A DNA stretch of 64,000 nucleotides from Geosiphon pyriformis uo1. Lineage: Eukaryota > Fungi > Glomeromycota. The position numbers were made by a program, and so were the translations under genes. The stretch spans positions 437,924 through 501,923 of the forward strand of contig JAAOMT010000222.1 of assembly GCA_016748015.1 (NCBI GenBank), given 5' to 3'. Below are positions 1 to 12,031 of this stretch, in pieces. Every line of letters begins with the position of its first letter. The stretch's first letter is position 1. Under the pieces are notes generated by a model, which saw nothing but the letters and a program-made list of their open reading frames with translations, did no database searches and was not told the DNA's origin.

Positions 1-289
1 TTTTATAAAAAAAAGTTTTTTCTTGCAATTTTTATATTTGAATACAATATAAAGTAGTTGTTTTCTTGGTTTTAGAGTCAAATATAGTTTATGTCAACTG
101 CTGGCTGTGTTTTTAATAACAGTGGCTTAAGATTTGTTTTTTTTTTTTTTTTTTTTTTTTTTGTCATTCTAAGAAAATATTAGTAATAATTTGTTGTGCT
201 TGTTTTTAATCCATAAAATTTAATAGACTTTTCAAATAGGTTTTTTTTTCTTCTTTTAATTTTATTAGTAACTGTAATTGAATTGTTTT

Positions 290-680
290 AAAGTAACCAC
301 AAATAGCTAGTATCTGAATATGCTAACCATTTTGACTGAACTATAACTTTTGAGTATTTCAGTTAAACACAATATTAGTCTTAAACAGTTAGTTATTACC
401 AATAAGAGCTTAGTATTGTATGGCTTTCATAACAAAAACTTTAATAAGTGCAATAATGCTATTGATTTCAAAAAGACAATTATCAATTTTACCAATAAGA
501 GTTTTAATTATTTTATTAACTGTAATGATTTTAGCACTGATAGTACAATTAACTCTGTAACTTAATTGGTTTATATGTTGTCATGTGATAATGCTGTTTA
601 CTAACTTATTATTAAAAATTAGTTTGATAGATTGGCCATTAATTTTGGCATTAGTATATATTGTAGTAATTGATTTAACA
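290..680 (-). pseudogene. Gypsy aspartic protease remnant
   Basis: Decayed D-S-G motif at ~590-620 and the C-terminal LIGNN*L motif; multiple stops. Confidence 0.7.
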
Positions 681-1133
681 TTAAGAATAACTTCATTAAA
701 TAAAAGTATTATTGTTGATTCTTCTAATTTAAAAAGAAATATGACTATTAATGACTTATTTTTAGCTACTATTACTAGTAAAATATTATTGGTGAGTGGT
801 TTTGAATTGGTTTCTAATGATTTGGGTGTTGTAATTTTTGGAGTTATTAAAAAACTTAAATAGTTTTGAGAATTTAGGTTTTAAGTATACTTATTTTTGG
901 AATTTCTTAAATGTGATCCTGATGGCTGGTTGAATAAACTGAAGATTAGTTGATACATAACCATCACTAATATTTAATATTGTTAAGTGTAGTTAATTCT
1001 CAATCTGTAGATTCTACTTGATATTAGCACAGTATATTAAAGTAATATTTGAATTGGTTGGAACTAATAGATTACTTGTAATTATAATTAATATATTATT
1101 GGTGCTGGAGTCTAATAAATGGGAGATGAGTAT

Positions 1134-1951
1134 TATTACTCATAAAAATTAAAGATTATAATAAGTAAATAAAATAGCCAATTAGAAATAGGCATAATAA
1201 AAAAAGGAATTGCAAGATTTCAAAATTTTTTTTAAGAAATTGTAAGATTCTAAATTTTCAGAATTTCAGAATTCTTTTTAAAAAAATTAAAAGATTTTAA
1301 GAAATTATATATAACATAAATTATATATATATAGTAAAAGTATTAAAAACAGAAAAATTATTCAATAGAGTTCAAATTAATTTAAAACAATAATACTTTT
1401 CTTTAAAAGATAGTTTTCTATGACTTGAAGTAGAATTATATTAATATTAATAAAATATCTAATTATTATCTAATTTATGTTATCATTGCTTAATTAAAAA
1501 TATTAATTATTTTTTTTACTATCAACAACTTATGTTGATAAACTTAGATACTTAACTATATTGAAACAATAACTCTTAATTATGATTATTAATAGAATAT
1601 TAATTTCTTATTTTTTTATTTTCTTTTGTTTTATTTTTTGTTGTTTACTAATTAATTAAAAAGATTACTGTGTAATTGATGTCAAAAATAGCCTAGTAAA
1701 AAACCTGGAAACAAGAATAAAAAACTTAAAAATAGCTTATTAAAAGGATACAACTGCCAAAATAAACTGGTTATCATGTTAAAAAAAAATTTACAGAAAA
1801 AACTATTAATTAAATTTCTGTTTATTATACAAAAAACTTAATTAAAACTTTTAGACTTCAAAACCTTCAGAATTACCAATATTTTTAGCTATTAAGCACC
1901 AAGTTACAAGTTTGTTATTTGTTTTAACATTCCAAATAATTATTTGTAATA
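1134..1951 (+). repeat. Solo LTR of family 1, inserted antisense into the gag of a same-family element
   Basis: Inverted copy of 3806-4625 with termini TATTAC...TGTAATA. Perfect 4-bp TSD GTAT at 1130-1133 and 1952-1955. Confidence 0.85.
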
Positions 1952-3805
1952 GTATATTGGTTGTTGTATTATTAATATATAATAAAACTAATATTAATAT
2001 TGTTGTATTAAATTGTTAATATAGCTTAGAATTTGAAATCTGTAATCAGAGTTTCTATATTGGTTTTCTGATTATGGGTTATTAGACTTGAAACAGTAAT
2101 CTGCTTTTAAATAATCTTGTTTATTACAATAATAGCAATTACATATTTTTTGTTGCCATAATTGATTTGCTAATAATGATGATGAATGTAATTGATTTTG
2201 AAAGTGATTGGAGTTTTCTTAATTGTAATATTATTGTGAAGATAAATAGATTACTAAACTATTAACTAAGTATTTCTCTAATTTTTAGTTGATCAAATTA
2301 CTAAATTATTTTAGCTTAGAATTTAATTCAGATAATCTATTTATTATTAAATTGACAGCTTAGACATAATTGGCTTTAAGTTTTGCCAATTCAAAATTTT
2401 TGGTGTATGTAACTGTATTTTAGAAAGTATTTAGATATATTGAACATATTTGTTACAAAAGACTACTGTGTAATCTGCAAATAAATTAATTCAAAATTTG
2501 CAGTATTGTAAAATAATCAATGTTAATTGCTTGAATTTGGTGCAGATTTTTATAAAAGCATCTTAAGTAAATAGTGATTGCTTTAGTATCACTTTGTTTA
2601 ATAGTGATAAAGCTAGTTAACAGACAATTGATGCTGTTATTATTGTTAAAATACTGTAAAAATACAGTCTTAAATATGTTAAAATCTTGGAATTTATTTA
2701 CAAAATTCTGATATTATAAGTTGACAATGTCTTGTAAAAATTAAAAAATTGCTTAAAAGGTTTTGGCATTGTTTTATTTGTTGGCTGCAATGGCTTTGCC
2801 ATATTATTTAGTCATGTTTAAGCATTGACTTTTTTACCAGTAAATTTTTTAAGTTTGACAATTGGTATATATGTTATTTGTGCAAGTTGTTATTATTGTA
2901 ATTGTTGAAAAATGGCAATTGGTGTTATTAGCAGTTGATTAATTAAGATAACTAAAGGTAAATATTGTTAAAAAATAGAAATAGAATTTGGATTGTTTGG
3001 TTTTGCTAAGTTTGGATGATTAGAGTTTGGATTTTTAAGTTAATTAGAATTAGGTTTTGATTATTATTTTTCTAATTACTGTTTTCTTTTTCTTTTGGAT
3101 TGGTGTTTGCCCAATTACTAATAGATCTGAAATTTGGTTAAGATGGCAGTAATTAAAGTCTTAATAGTATTGTTAATTACAATTTAAATTTTTCAAAAAA
3201 ATTACTATAAGTTCTTAATAATTTGGAATTTTTTTGGTTATTTTAAAATAATACTTTGGATAATAGTGTTTTCGACATAAATATAATTATTAATGTTATT
3301 TAAATAGTGTTTTTGGACATGTAATAATATAATAAGTTGATAAATAAAACAACTCTTGATTTTTTCTAAGTAGATAGTTGTATTTTCTTTGAAATTTTTG
3401 CTAAAGTTTATAGTTTTTCTTTTTTTTTGTCAGTAAAAATAATGGGAAATTTTTGTTTGGTATAATTTTTGATCTTGCAATTTATTTTTATTATTATTGA
3501 GACAAAACTATAATTTTATAGAAACTAGTATGTTATAATAGTTTACTATAGAAATTTTTAATAACAATTTTTAGATCTTTTTAACTTCTTAAGTAATGTA
3601 TAATTTTTTTGTTTACATAGAAATTGAAGGCTAATTCTGTTGGCCAATAATTATTTATTAGTTCAAAATAAGTTTGATAATATTAAAATAAGAATTTTGT
3701 AAATCTTAAATAATTTTTTTCTATGATTTTTGGTCTGCCACTTTTTTAGATAATTAATGTTGGTACTGGTTTTTTGTTAAATTATATCTTACAAAGAGCA
3801 TTAAA

Positions 3806-4625
3806 TGTTACAGATAATTATTTAAAATATTATAACAAATAATAAATTCATAATTTGGTGTTCAATAACTGTTAATAATAGTAATTTCTAAAGATTTTAG
3901 AGTCTAAAAATTTTGGTTGAGTTTTTTATATAATAAACAGAGATTTAATTACTGGTTTCTTTTTATGAATTTTTTTAATATAGTAACCAGTTTATTTTGA
4001 CAGTTGTATTCTTCTGGTAAGCTATTCTTAAGTTTTTTTACTCTTGTTTTATAGGTTTTTTACCAGACTATTTTTAATATTAATTACTCAGTGCTTAATC
4101 TCTTAATTAATTAATAACAGCAAAGAAGCAAAACAATAGAAAATAAAATAGAATAAAAAATTGGTATTTCATTAATAGCTATAATCAAGAGCTATTGGTC
4201 TAATATAGTTAAATATTGGATTCTATTAACATAAATTGTTAATAGTATAGAATAGATTAATATTATTTAATTAAACAATAATAACATAAATTGAATAGTA
4301 ATAGATATTTTTATTAATATAATTATAATTTTATTTTAAGTTATAGAAAACTATCTTTTAAAAAAAAAGATATTGAATAATTATTTGTCTTTAACTGTTT
4401 TTTTTTAATTTTAAACTAAATACTTTTTCTGTTTCTAACACTTTTGCTATATATACATAATTTATATTATACAAAATTTTTTAAATTCTTCAATTTTTTG
4501 AAATAAATTTTGCAATTTTGCAATTCTGTAATTTCTTAAAAAAAATTCTGGAATTTTTTTTTTATTATACTTTTTTCTTATTGGTTATTTTCTACCTATT
4601 ATGATTTCTATTTCTATAAGTAATA
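3806..4625 (-). repeat. 5' LTR of gypsy family 1
   Basis: Its reverse complement aligns end to end with 1134-1951. Termini are TATTAC (from TGTTAC) and TGTAACA, with the PBS adjacent at ~3795-3805. Confidence 0.85.
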
Positions 4626-6929
4626 ACATATAGCACATAAAAATAACTATTATATATCATCTCAAATATCCAAAAATTCATATATATTATTATTATATTA
4701 AAATATATATTAAAATTAACAAACTTATTAATAATATTTAATAATAGTTTATCTAAATTAAAGTCTTAAACTTTAAAATTAGCCAGTAATAAGTCAAAAC
4801 ACAATGATATCTCAAAATTTAATTTGTATAAAACCTAATTAGCAAACTAATTCCAATTACCAAAATTTCTAACAAACTTATTTTAATTTAAAATTTTAAT
4901 AATAAAAACTTATTAGTAATTAAAAATTGCTCAATTAATTAAAACTTAAATTATTTTATTTATTAGTAATTATTATAAAAATAACAGTTTTACAGTTCTT
5001 TTTTTTTAACTTAAAAGAAAATAAAACTATATTTAGTGAAGCAGTATTAGACAAAAATTTTTTAATTACTGTTATATATATAAAAACAACTATAAATAAT
5101 ATTCTAATTAAACTTATCTTAAATAACAAATCTGCTAAAAGCATTATAATGTTTTAATTAATAAACCAACTAGGTTTCAAAGTTAATTATGCCATAATAT
5201 CCCAAATTATAATAGCCAATAAAAGTATTAAGCTGTTTTATAATAAAATTAACTCATATTTTTTGAAATTAATAATATAATAATATTTATAAAAATATTA
5301 ATAATAGATATTACACAATATTAAGCATTAATAAAAAATAATTAGATAAAAAAAGCTAATTTTATATTAAATTAAATTATTTAAAAGCTTTTTATTAATT
5401 ATAATAACTATTATGTTAGAATTTTAGTTACATATAACTATTTTTAAAAAATTTATACCAATTAAAAATCTATTTTTAAATTTAAAAAAAATCTAGTTCT
5501 ACTAGTTATTAAAACTTATTAACTTTTATAAACTAATAAGTAAAAAACAAAACTATTAGCCATATTAACTTGAACAAATAAAAAAAATTAAAATAAAATC
5601 AGATAAGTTTATAAAAAAATTATTAATAATATAAGCTAAAACTAGAATATTTAGTTTATAAAAAGAAGCTTTTATTTATAATTATGTACAATACATTAGA
5701 TAAAGATTTAAAAAACTTTATTTACTATTATTGTAATAAAAAAAATAATTACTTAAAAAGATACAGAAAATAAGATAAAAAATCATGTTTTACTTATAAA
5801 AAACTATTGTTAAAAAGATATAACTGTATTAATATATTAGACAAAAAAAACATGTAATATAACTTGTCAATACATAATTTTTATTTATAACTAAGTAAAA
5901 AAAAAGAATACTGTTTAAAGCAATATTTAATAAAACATTAAAAAAATTACAACAGTATCTATATAACAAAAATAAGTTATATAATATTATACAGATTAAA
6001 TTAAGAAAAAAAACCACTGAAAAAATACAAAACTGAAAACTATTAGCCAAAATAACCAATAAAGTTACTAATTATAATATGTTTAATTCAATAAACAAAT
6101 TTCAAAAAATTACCAATGACTATATTTTATTTGTTAAAAACAAAAACAATATCTTATTTAGATTAACACTTATTTTTTTAAAAATCATTTTATTTTATGT
6201 TAAAATCAGAACTATAAAAAGTATTAATATGAAAAAAACTTAGAAATAAAAATAAAAATTAAGAATTAGTAGTACTAAAATTAATCAATAAATCAACAAG
6301 ACTTACTTAATAGTTTTAAATTAAAAAACTTTTTAATTAATACTGATTTAGATTAAAAGAATGATATATAATACTATAATAATAAAAATTTAGGAATAAT
6401 ATTCAAAAAAGTTTATTTAATTAACACTAAATTTGATTTACAATATTTAAAAAATTAATTTATAATATTGTCATTTAAGAGCTTTACCAAAAATTAACTT
6501 AAAAGTAACAGTTAAAATTTTATTAAAAGTAATAATTTAAGTAGTATTATAATTAAGCCTTATAGAAAAAAAAATAAGTGTACAAAAAAGAGTAATTAAC
6601 TTTAAATATACAAGAAATTTAATAGTTTTATTATAAAACAATTCAGAAAAACCATATATTATTAAGCTTAAAAAATAAATTACATAAACAATTTTTTATT
6701 ATTAAAATACTATTAATTTATATTAAAAAAATTGACCAAATTAAATTTTAAGACAATAAATCTTAACTAATAGCAATAATTGATAATATTAAATAACTTA
6801 CTAATTTATAATTTTAAAAATTACAACAATAAATTAATAATACAGTATTAGACTACTATAACAACTTAAAATTCAATAAAAAAATTAATTTTAATTTTAA
6901 TAAAACTTAATTTTAAAAAGAAAGAATAA

Positions 6930-7543
6930 TATTATGATTTAAGAATTTAGCAAAAAAATCACAAAATAATATAAATTATTTAATCATAATATAATACAGT
7001 AATAATATTAAAAAAACAACAATTTATTCAACAATTTATTTAATAATTTTTATTTTTAAAATAAATATTCAAAAAAACTTTTAATAAAAAAATATATTAA
7101 AATATTTAAAACTAAATTATTATAATCCAAAATATTAAAAAACTTACTTGTATTATTTATTGAATAAAATTATTATTTATTAGTTAAATTTTTTAGAAAA
7201 ATAATTTTTAATTAAAATTATTTATATTGTTACTAATTAATAAAAGCTTTATTAAAAAATTAGAAAAAGCACAAAAGATTATTAATATTTTATATTTTTA
7301 GATTAGAGAAACATATTAAACAATTGTAAAAATAGGTTTAAAAAAAACTCTAAACAGTAGATAAATTTCAGTTTAGTCTCTAAAAAAAAGTACATAAACA
7401 TATATATAACAATCAAAAATTAAAAAATAATTTACATCATAATATTAAAAAAAAGCTTTTAGTATAACATTGATATTATTACACAAATAAAATTAAGAAA
7501 CTTATAAGAAACTAATTGCAATTAAAATAGAATATTAATATTT
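6930..7543 (+). repeat. 3' LTR of family 3, completed at 14418-14444 after LINE-A
   Basis: The start TATTATGATT matches rc(48966 onward) TGTTACAATT. 7411-7540 matches rc(63860-64000). The end ...ACCAATCTATAATA corresponds to ...ACCATCCTGTAACA. Confidence 0.8.
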
Positions 7544-7679
7544 TTTTTTATTATTAATGCATTTAACGAGTGTAGCCCAATCGCTATTTAGTACATAGAA
7601 CCAAACTAAGAGGCTCAAACTAAATGCAACTCATGCACTTTCTACATGTGGCTAGCCACTTAGGCCAGACAAGGCAACA

Positions 7680-10600
7680 CTACACATTTATAACTACCCG
7701 CATACTGCTACCCAGACCAGAAAAGAAACAAAAAGGCTTCCGATGACCAAAGCTAATAGCAAAGGAATTGGCCAAACCAAACAATCTCACAACACCGTCA
7801 GACAAAACCGAAGACACACCACAAGGGAGCCCAGAAACAACACCAACATCACAGACCAGACCAGCCTTCTCCATCACCACCCGGTGGCTGGCTCTAGCCA
7901 ACCATATCTTAGCACGATGTAAACCAACAATGAACCTGACATAATCAACAATCCTAGCAGTGGCCACCTTTCTATCTTCAAAAACATCGCAAGCCTCCTC
8001 ATACTACTCCTCCAGCACAAACCCTTTGCACACCAAAGTGTACAGTCCAACATCAATGGAACATTGAGACAAAACCCACAACACAGCAGAAGCAGAGGAA
8101 CCACCAGCCAAAGCTGACCAACGAGCAGAAGCCTCTGCCAAAATCTCACCACGAATGCCAGACTCATGAACACAAGTAAAAACGTGGTCAGAGAACTCCA
8201 CCTCACTGCAAAACAAACACAACACACTAGGGTAGCATTTATCATACAACCTCTTCCTAATGGCCACCAGCAACCTCCTGTGCACAGCCTTCATAACATA
8301 AGTGCGAAGCGATGAGGATGCGCGGCTAGTAAACCCAGCAAGCATAAGAGAATCAGGATGCGACACTTTCGCCGTGACAACCCAGTCTATGCAACCAATC
8401 ATCGCATCCAGTACTACATCACAACCAGGCCCAGCTTCCCAACGAGCACAACGAATTGATCAAAAGATATTTCTGACAAAATGACGGGCATTACCAGAAA
8501 CAGCAACACCCTCAGCAACCAAAAAATGTTCACGCACATCGGCACAAAGGGAAAAGGGAGACCCAGAGGCAGCCCCAGCAGCCAAGTCAGCTCTTACATT
8601 ACCAGGAATCCCAGAGTGTCCTTTCACCTTAACCCAACTCACACTAAGATCCTTATCCCTGACCAAATTGAAAATATGATGCCTTTCCAGCCAGCATTGA
8701 TTACGGAAATCAGGAGCAACCAAAGACATCTCAGACACACATGCGTCAATGGCAGCCTGGCTGTCAAGACGCAACACCACAGTACTTGAAGAAGGAACAC
8801 ACTCCAAAGCCAAAGTGACAGCCTGTAACTCAGCCATAGCAGATGACAAAAGACCATGAACAGCGACACCAATACTCATATCCAAGACCGGAAAGTACGC
8901 AGCAGCACCACAGGCGACCTCAGCAGAGCCTGCATTCCTCAAAGACCCATCCGTGAAAACTTCAAAAGAGTCTGACCAAATGTCATGCAATCTATCTTTA
9001 ACTGCAGAAAATTCCCCAGACCCCAAAATGTCCAAACCAAGCTTCTCAGCTGAGCCAACAGAACCAGAAAATGAGTAACTCTGACCTTTCAAAAACTCAG
9101 AAAAAACCATAAACCAGTGAGGCACAGGGCCACGCGGATCCAACCTCTTCCAATGACGAAAAGTTTTTCAATCCAACAAAACACCTTTCTTATCAAAAAA
9201 CTAATCACCAAAAGTGACACCAAAATGTTTAAGAGATTTGACTGAATCAAAATACAGAGACTTTCCAAGAACAGAGGACAACGGGAACCGACCAGGACTA
9301 CGAAATGCAGTGGGGAGGTTGTTCACCAAAGTAAGCTCATTGCCCAGAAAGATTTTCACCATCCCCGCCAAAAAATTGTTCACTGGACTAACATACAACC
9401 TGACCGGAAACTGCAAAGGATCCAAAGAAGCCCAACCAAGAACCTGTAGGTCCAAAAACCTATGTCTAAACAAACGCCCAAGAATGCCAAAAGCATTAGA
9501 GAATGCCATCAAAGCAGCAACCTTCCCTTCAGACTGCACCTGCTCAAAAGGCTTTAGGCCATACAATGAGGGATGATACAAAGCAGCGTCAGGAAAATCA
9601 TGGGGGAGACAAGCCTTGGACCTAAGACCCTTTCTAACCAAGACATCCCACTTGCGACAAACATTAGATGAGACAAAACTGAACTGAGTACGATAGCTAA
9701 CAATAGGCTGCAAAACAGCTGACACCAGATACGAGAATTGTTTGTCTGTAATAGTCTTCTTAAGCACAACATTAACGAAGAAACGTACATCCATATGAGC
9801 CTTGGCAACACTCGGCTTGGAGAGCCCCTTAGTCGACAGAAAAATACCCAGATACCGATCTGCTTCTCCTTTCTTGGCAACAGAGATTGGCTGACCACAA
9901 ATATTCAGTGAAGCAACTTTAACGCCCTGATTGATGGGAATAGCTACCGTCTTCTCACTATTAATAGAAATGTCATTGATCACAAAAAATTCACTGACAA
10001 TGTTCAGAGCATATTGAGTAGAAGCCTGACAATTTCCAACCCAGATCGTATCATTGACAAATGCACCAGCCGAAAAATACGATGTCAAACCACTACTGCC
10101 CTCAATTCTGCCAGATTTCGAAACAAACTTAGTATCAATCCGGTACCCACACAATTGTTCGTGCCTTTTAACCTCACACAAAAGCGGATCATAAAAAATT
10201 CTCCAAAGAAGTGGCAAAAAGACCTCACCCTGGTCCAGTCCATCATGCACCTTATAACCACCAGACAGACCAAAGTCAGTCATCACCCTATTAACTCTAT
10301 TCTCATGAATACCACCAAAAAATCTTATGAACCTCTCACACATCTTGACACGCCGCAAACTAGCTCTTAAATGATATCACCCAACTGAATCGTAAGCTTT
10401 CCACATATCTTGCAAGACCAACCATAACTCCCTATCCTTCTCAATGGCATTCTCAATTACCGAACCAACAGCAAACACCAGAGATTGTGTTGACATACTC
10501 TTCAGCACCGAAAAGTTGTCACCCTGAAGAACATTGAACTTGCTACAAGCCATTGAAATACAGTCAGACAGAATCTTGGAAAGAATCTTCCTGGCAGTCT

Positions 10601-12031
10601 CAATCAAAGCAATGGGCCGAGTGTTCGTAAGAACTCCATCCCAGTCATAAGGCTTAGGAATCATAGACACCCAAGCCCTCTTCCACAAAACAGGCACCAC
10701 ACCACCCAACACACATTTATTAAACAGCGCCAACAGGCACCCCAAAACTACCTCACCACCATGTTTCCATAATTCATTAGGAACACCAGACAAACCAGCA
10801 GCCTTGCCATCAGGAAGACCACCAACAACAGAAAGTAACTTGCCCATACTGATTGCACTTATAACACCTGAAAAAGCATCATCCCGAACATAGTCCAAAG
10901 GCGCGTACTGACAAGCCCAAAGATCAGGAAGCACTGACTGCACAGAGCGTTTTCTTGTCCACCCCTCTATTATTCCATCCACACTGGACTTCACCTCTTC
11001 AGGCAACAAAACCAGATCATCATCAACTATCAAGTAATCCAACACAACCTTGCAAAAAGGCTTTTCCAACACACTCCTGATCATACTACCTTATCTGAAC
11101 AGAAATTATCCATGCGCTTCTCAATCGCCTTCCTAACCGAAGCTTCCTCAGCCAACTTTGACTCAAACATCTTTGACCTCCTGTAATCTCTACGAACCAA
11201 TGACAAATGCCTAACAACAACATCAGATTTAACACCCGAGCCAACCAAATCCTTGAAAGCATGAGCCTTCGCGTCATCCAGAGTCGACCATTTACTCACA
11301 AGACAATCAGTGCCCAGCAAGTCACCAGAGCAAAATTTCTTGACAATCTTGGCCACCAACAATTCCAGACCAAAAAACCTAGAAGAATGTTTGTTTCTCG
11401 AACACTTGAATTCACTAAACCAATGCCTCGAAAATGTCACATCAGCAGAATCCACCACAGCTTCCACCAGAACTGCCCACATAGCATCCACATCACCACG
11501 TATTTTGGCACCAGAGAACACCTCACCCAAAGACAAAAGTTTAGCTGACGAGAGATCCTTAAACTTAGCCCATCCAACACAGTCAGCATTCCTGANNNNN
11601 NNNNNNNNNNNNNNNNNNNNNNNNNNNNNNNNNNNNNNNNNNNNNNNNNNNNNNNNNNNNNNNNNNNNNNNNNNNNNNNNNNNNNNNNNNNNNNNNNNNN
11701 NNNNNNNNNNNNNNNNNNNNNNNNNNNNNNNNNNNNNNNNNNNNNNNNNNNNNNNNNNNNNNNNNNNNNNNNNNNNNNNNNNNNNNNNNNNNNNNNNNNN
11801 NNNNNNNNNNNNNNNNNNNNNNNNNNNNNNNNNNNNNNNNNNNNNNNNNNNNNNNNNNNNNNNNNNNNNNNNNNNNNNNNNNNNNNNNNNNNNNNNNNNN
11901 NNNNNNNNNNNNNNNNNNNNNNNNNNNNNATTTCCCGAGTTCACATGCCAACGAACAACATCCGCTTGTTTCGCAGGAACATTGATACCCCGAACATTGC
12001 ACGTAGCAAATTTCCAAACCAAACTACTCAT
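7680..12031 (-). pseudogene. LINE-A ORF2: APE endonuclease, RT, RNase H, CCHC
   Basis: APE: MSSLVWKFATCNVRGIN. RT: KAAGLSG, RPIALIET, QDMWKAYDSV, GLDQG, GAFVNDT, YLG. RNase H: FTDGS, AELQA, LDSQ, WVKVKGHSG..GN..AD. Knuckle: CLFCSEVEFSDHVFTC. A few stops and frameshifts; N gap at 11596-11929. Confidence 0.95.

Larger units (their letters stand above)
1..4625 (-). mobile_element. Degenerate Ty3/gypsy LTR retrotransposon, family 1: 5' LTR, PBS, gag and protease; runs off the left edge
   Basis: LTR at 3806-4625 is followed on the minus strand by TTTAATGCTCT (decayed TTTGGTGCTC, PBS-like). Minus-strand translation of ~290-680 gives ITTIYTNAKINGQSIKLIFNNKLVNSII...ALIGNN*L, a G>A-decayed retropepsin (LDSGSAGSII...LVGNDWL). 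Confidence 0.8.

Noticed and set aside
137-162. Long poly(T) as a retroposon tail
   Set aside because: No 3' UTR module or TSD. It lies in the minus-strand gypsy downstream of the protease and is best explained as purine-rich Glu/Lys codons saturated by G>A.
1134-4625. DNA transposon with ~820-bp terminal inverted repeats
   Set aside because: The left copy has its own 4-bp TSD and the right copy has a PBS, so they are two LTRs in opposite orientation.
350-6059. Short hydrophobic I/L/F/N/K-rich ORFs here and at 16259-17213, 41270-41638, 43009-43206 and 47491-48037 as membrane proteins
   Set aside because: They are antisense or off-frame shadows of AT-saturated retroelement remnants.
7550-7679. 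3' UTR as a hammerhead or HDV ribozyme, or a tRNA-derived SINE head (A-box-like TGGCCTGAGTGG, AGAAA loop)
   Set aside because: No CUGANGA core, no HDV P1.1/L3 topology, and no B-box/T-arm or proper anticodon stem. Only the generic fold is retained as a finding.
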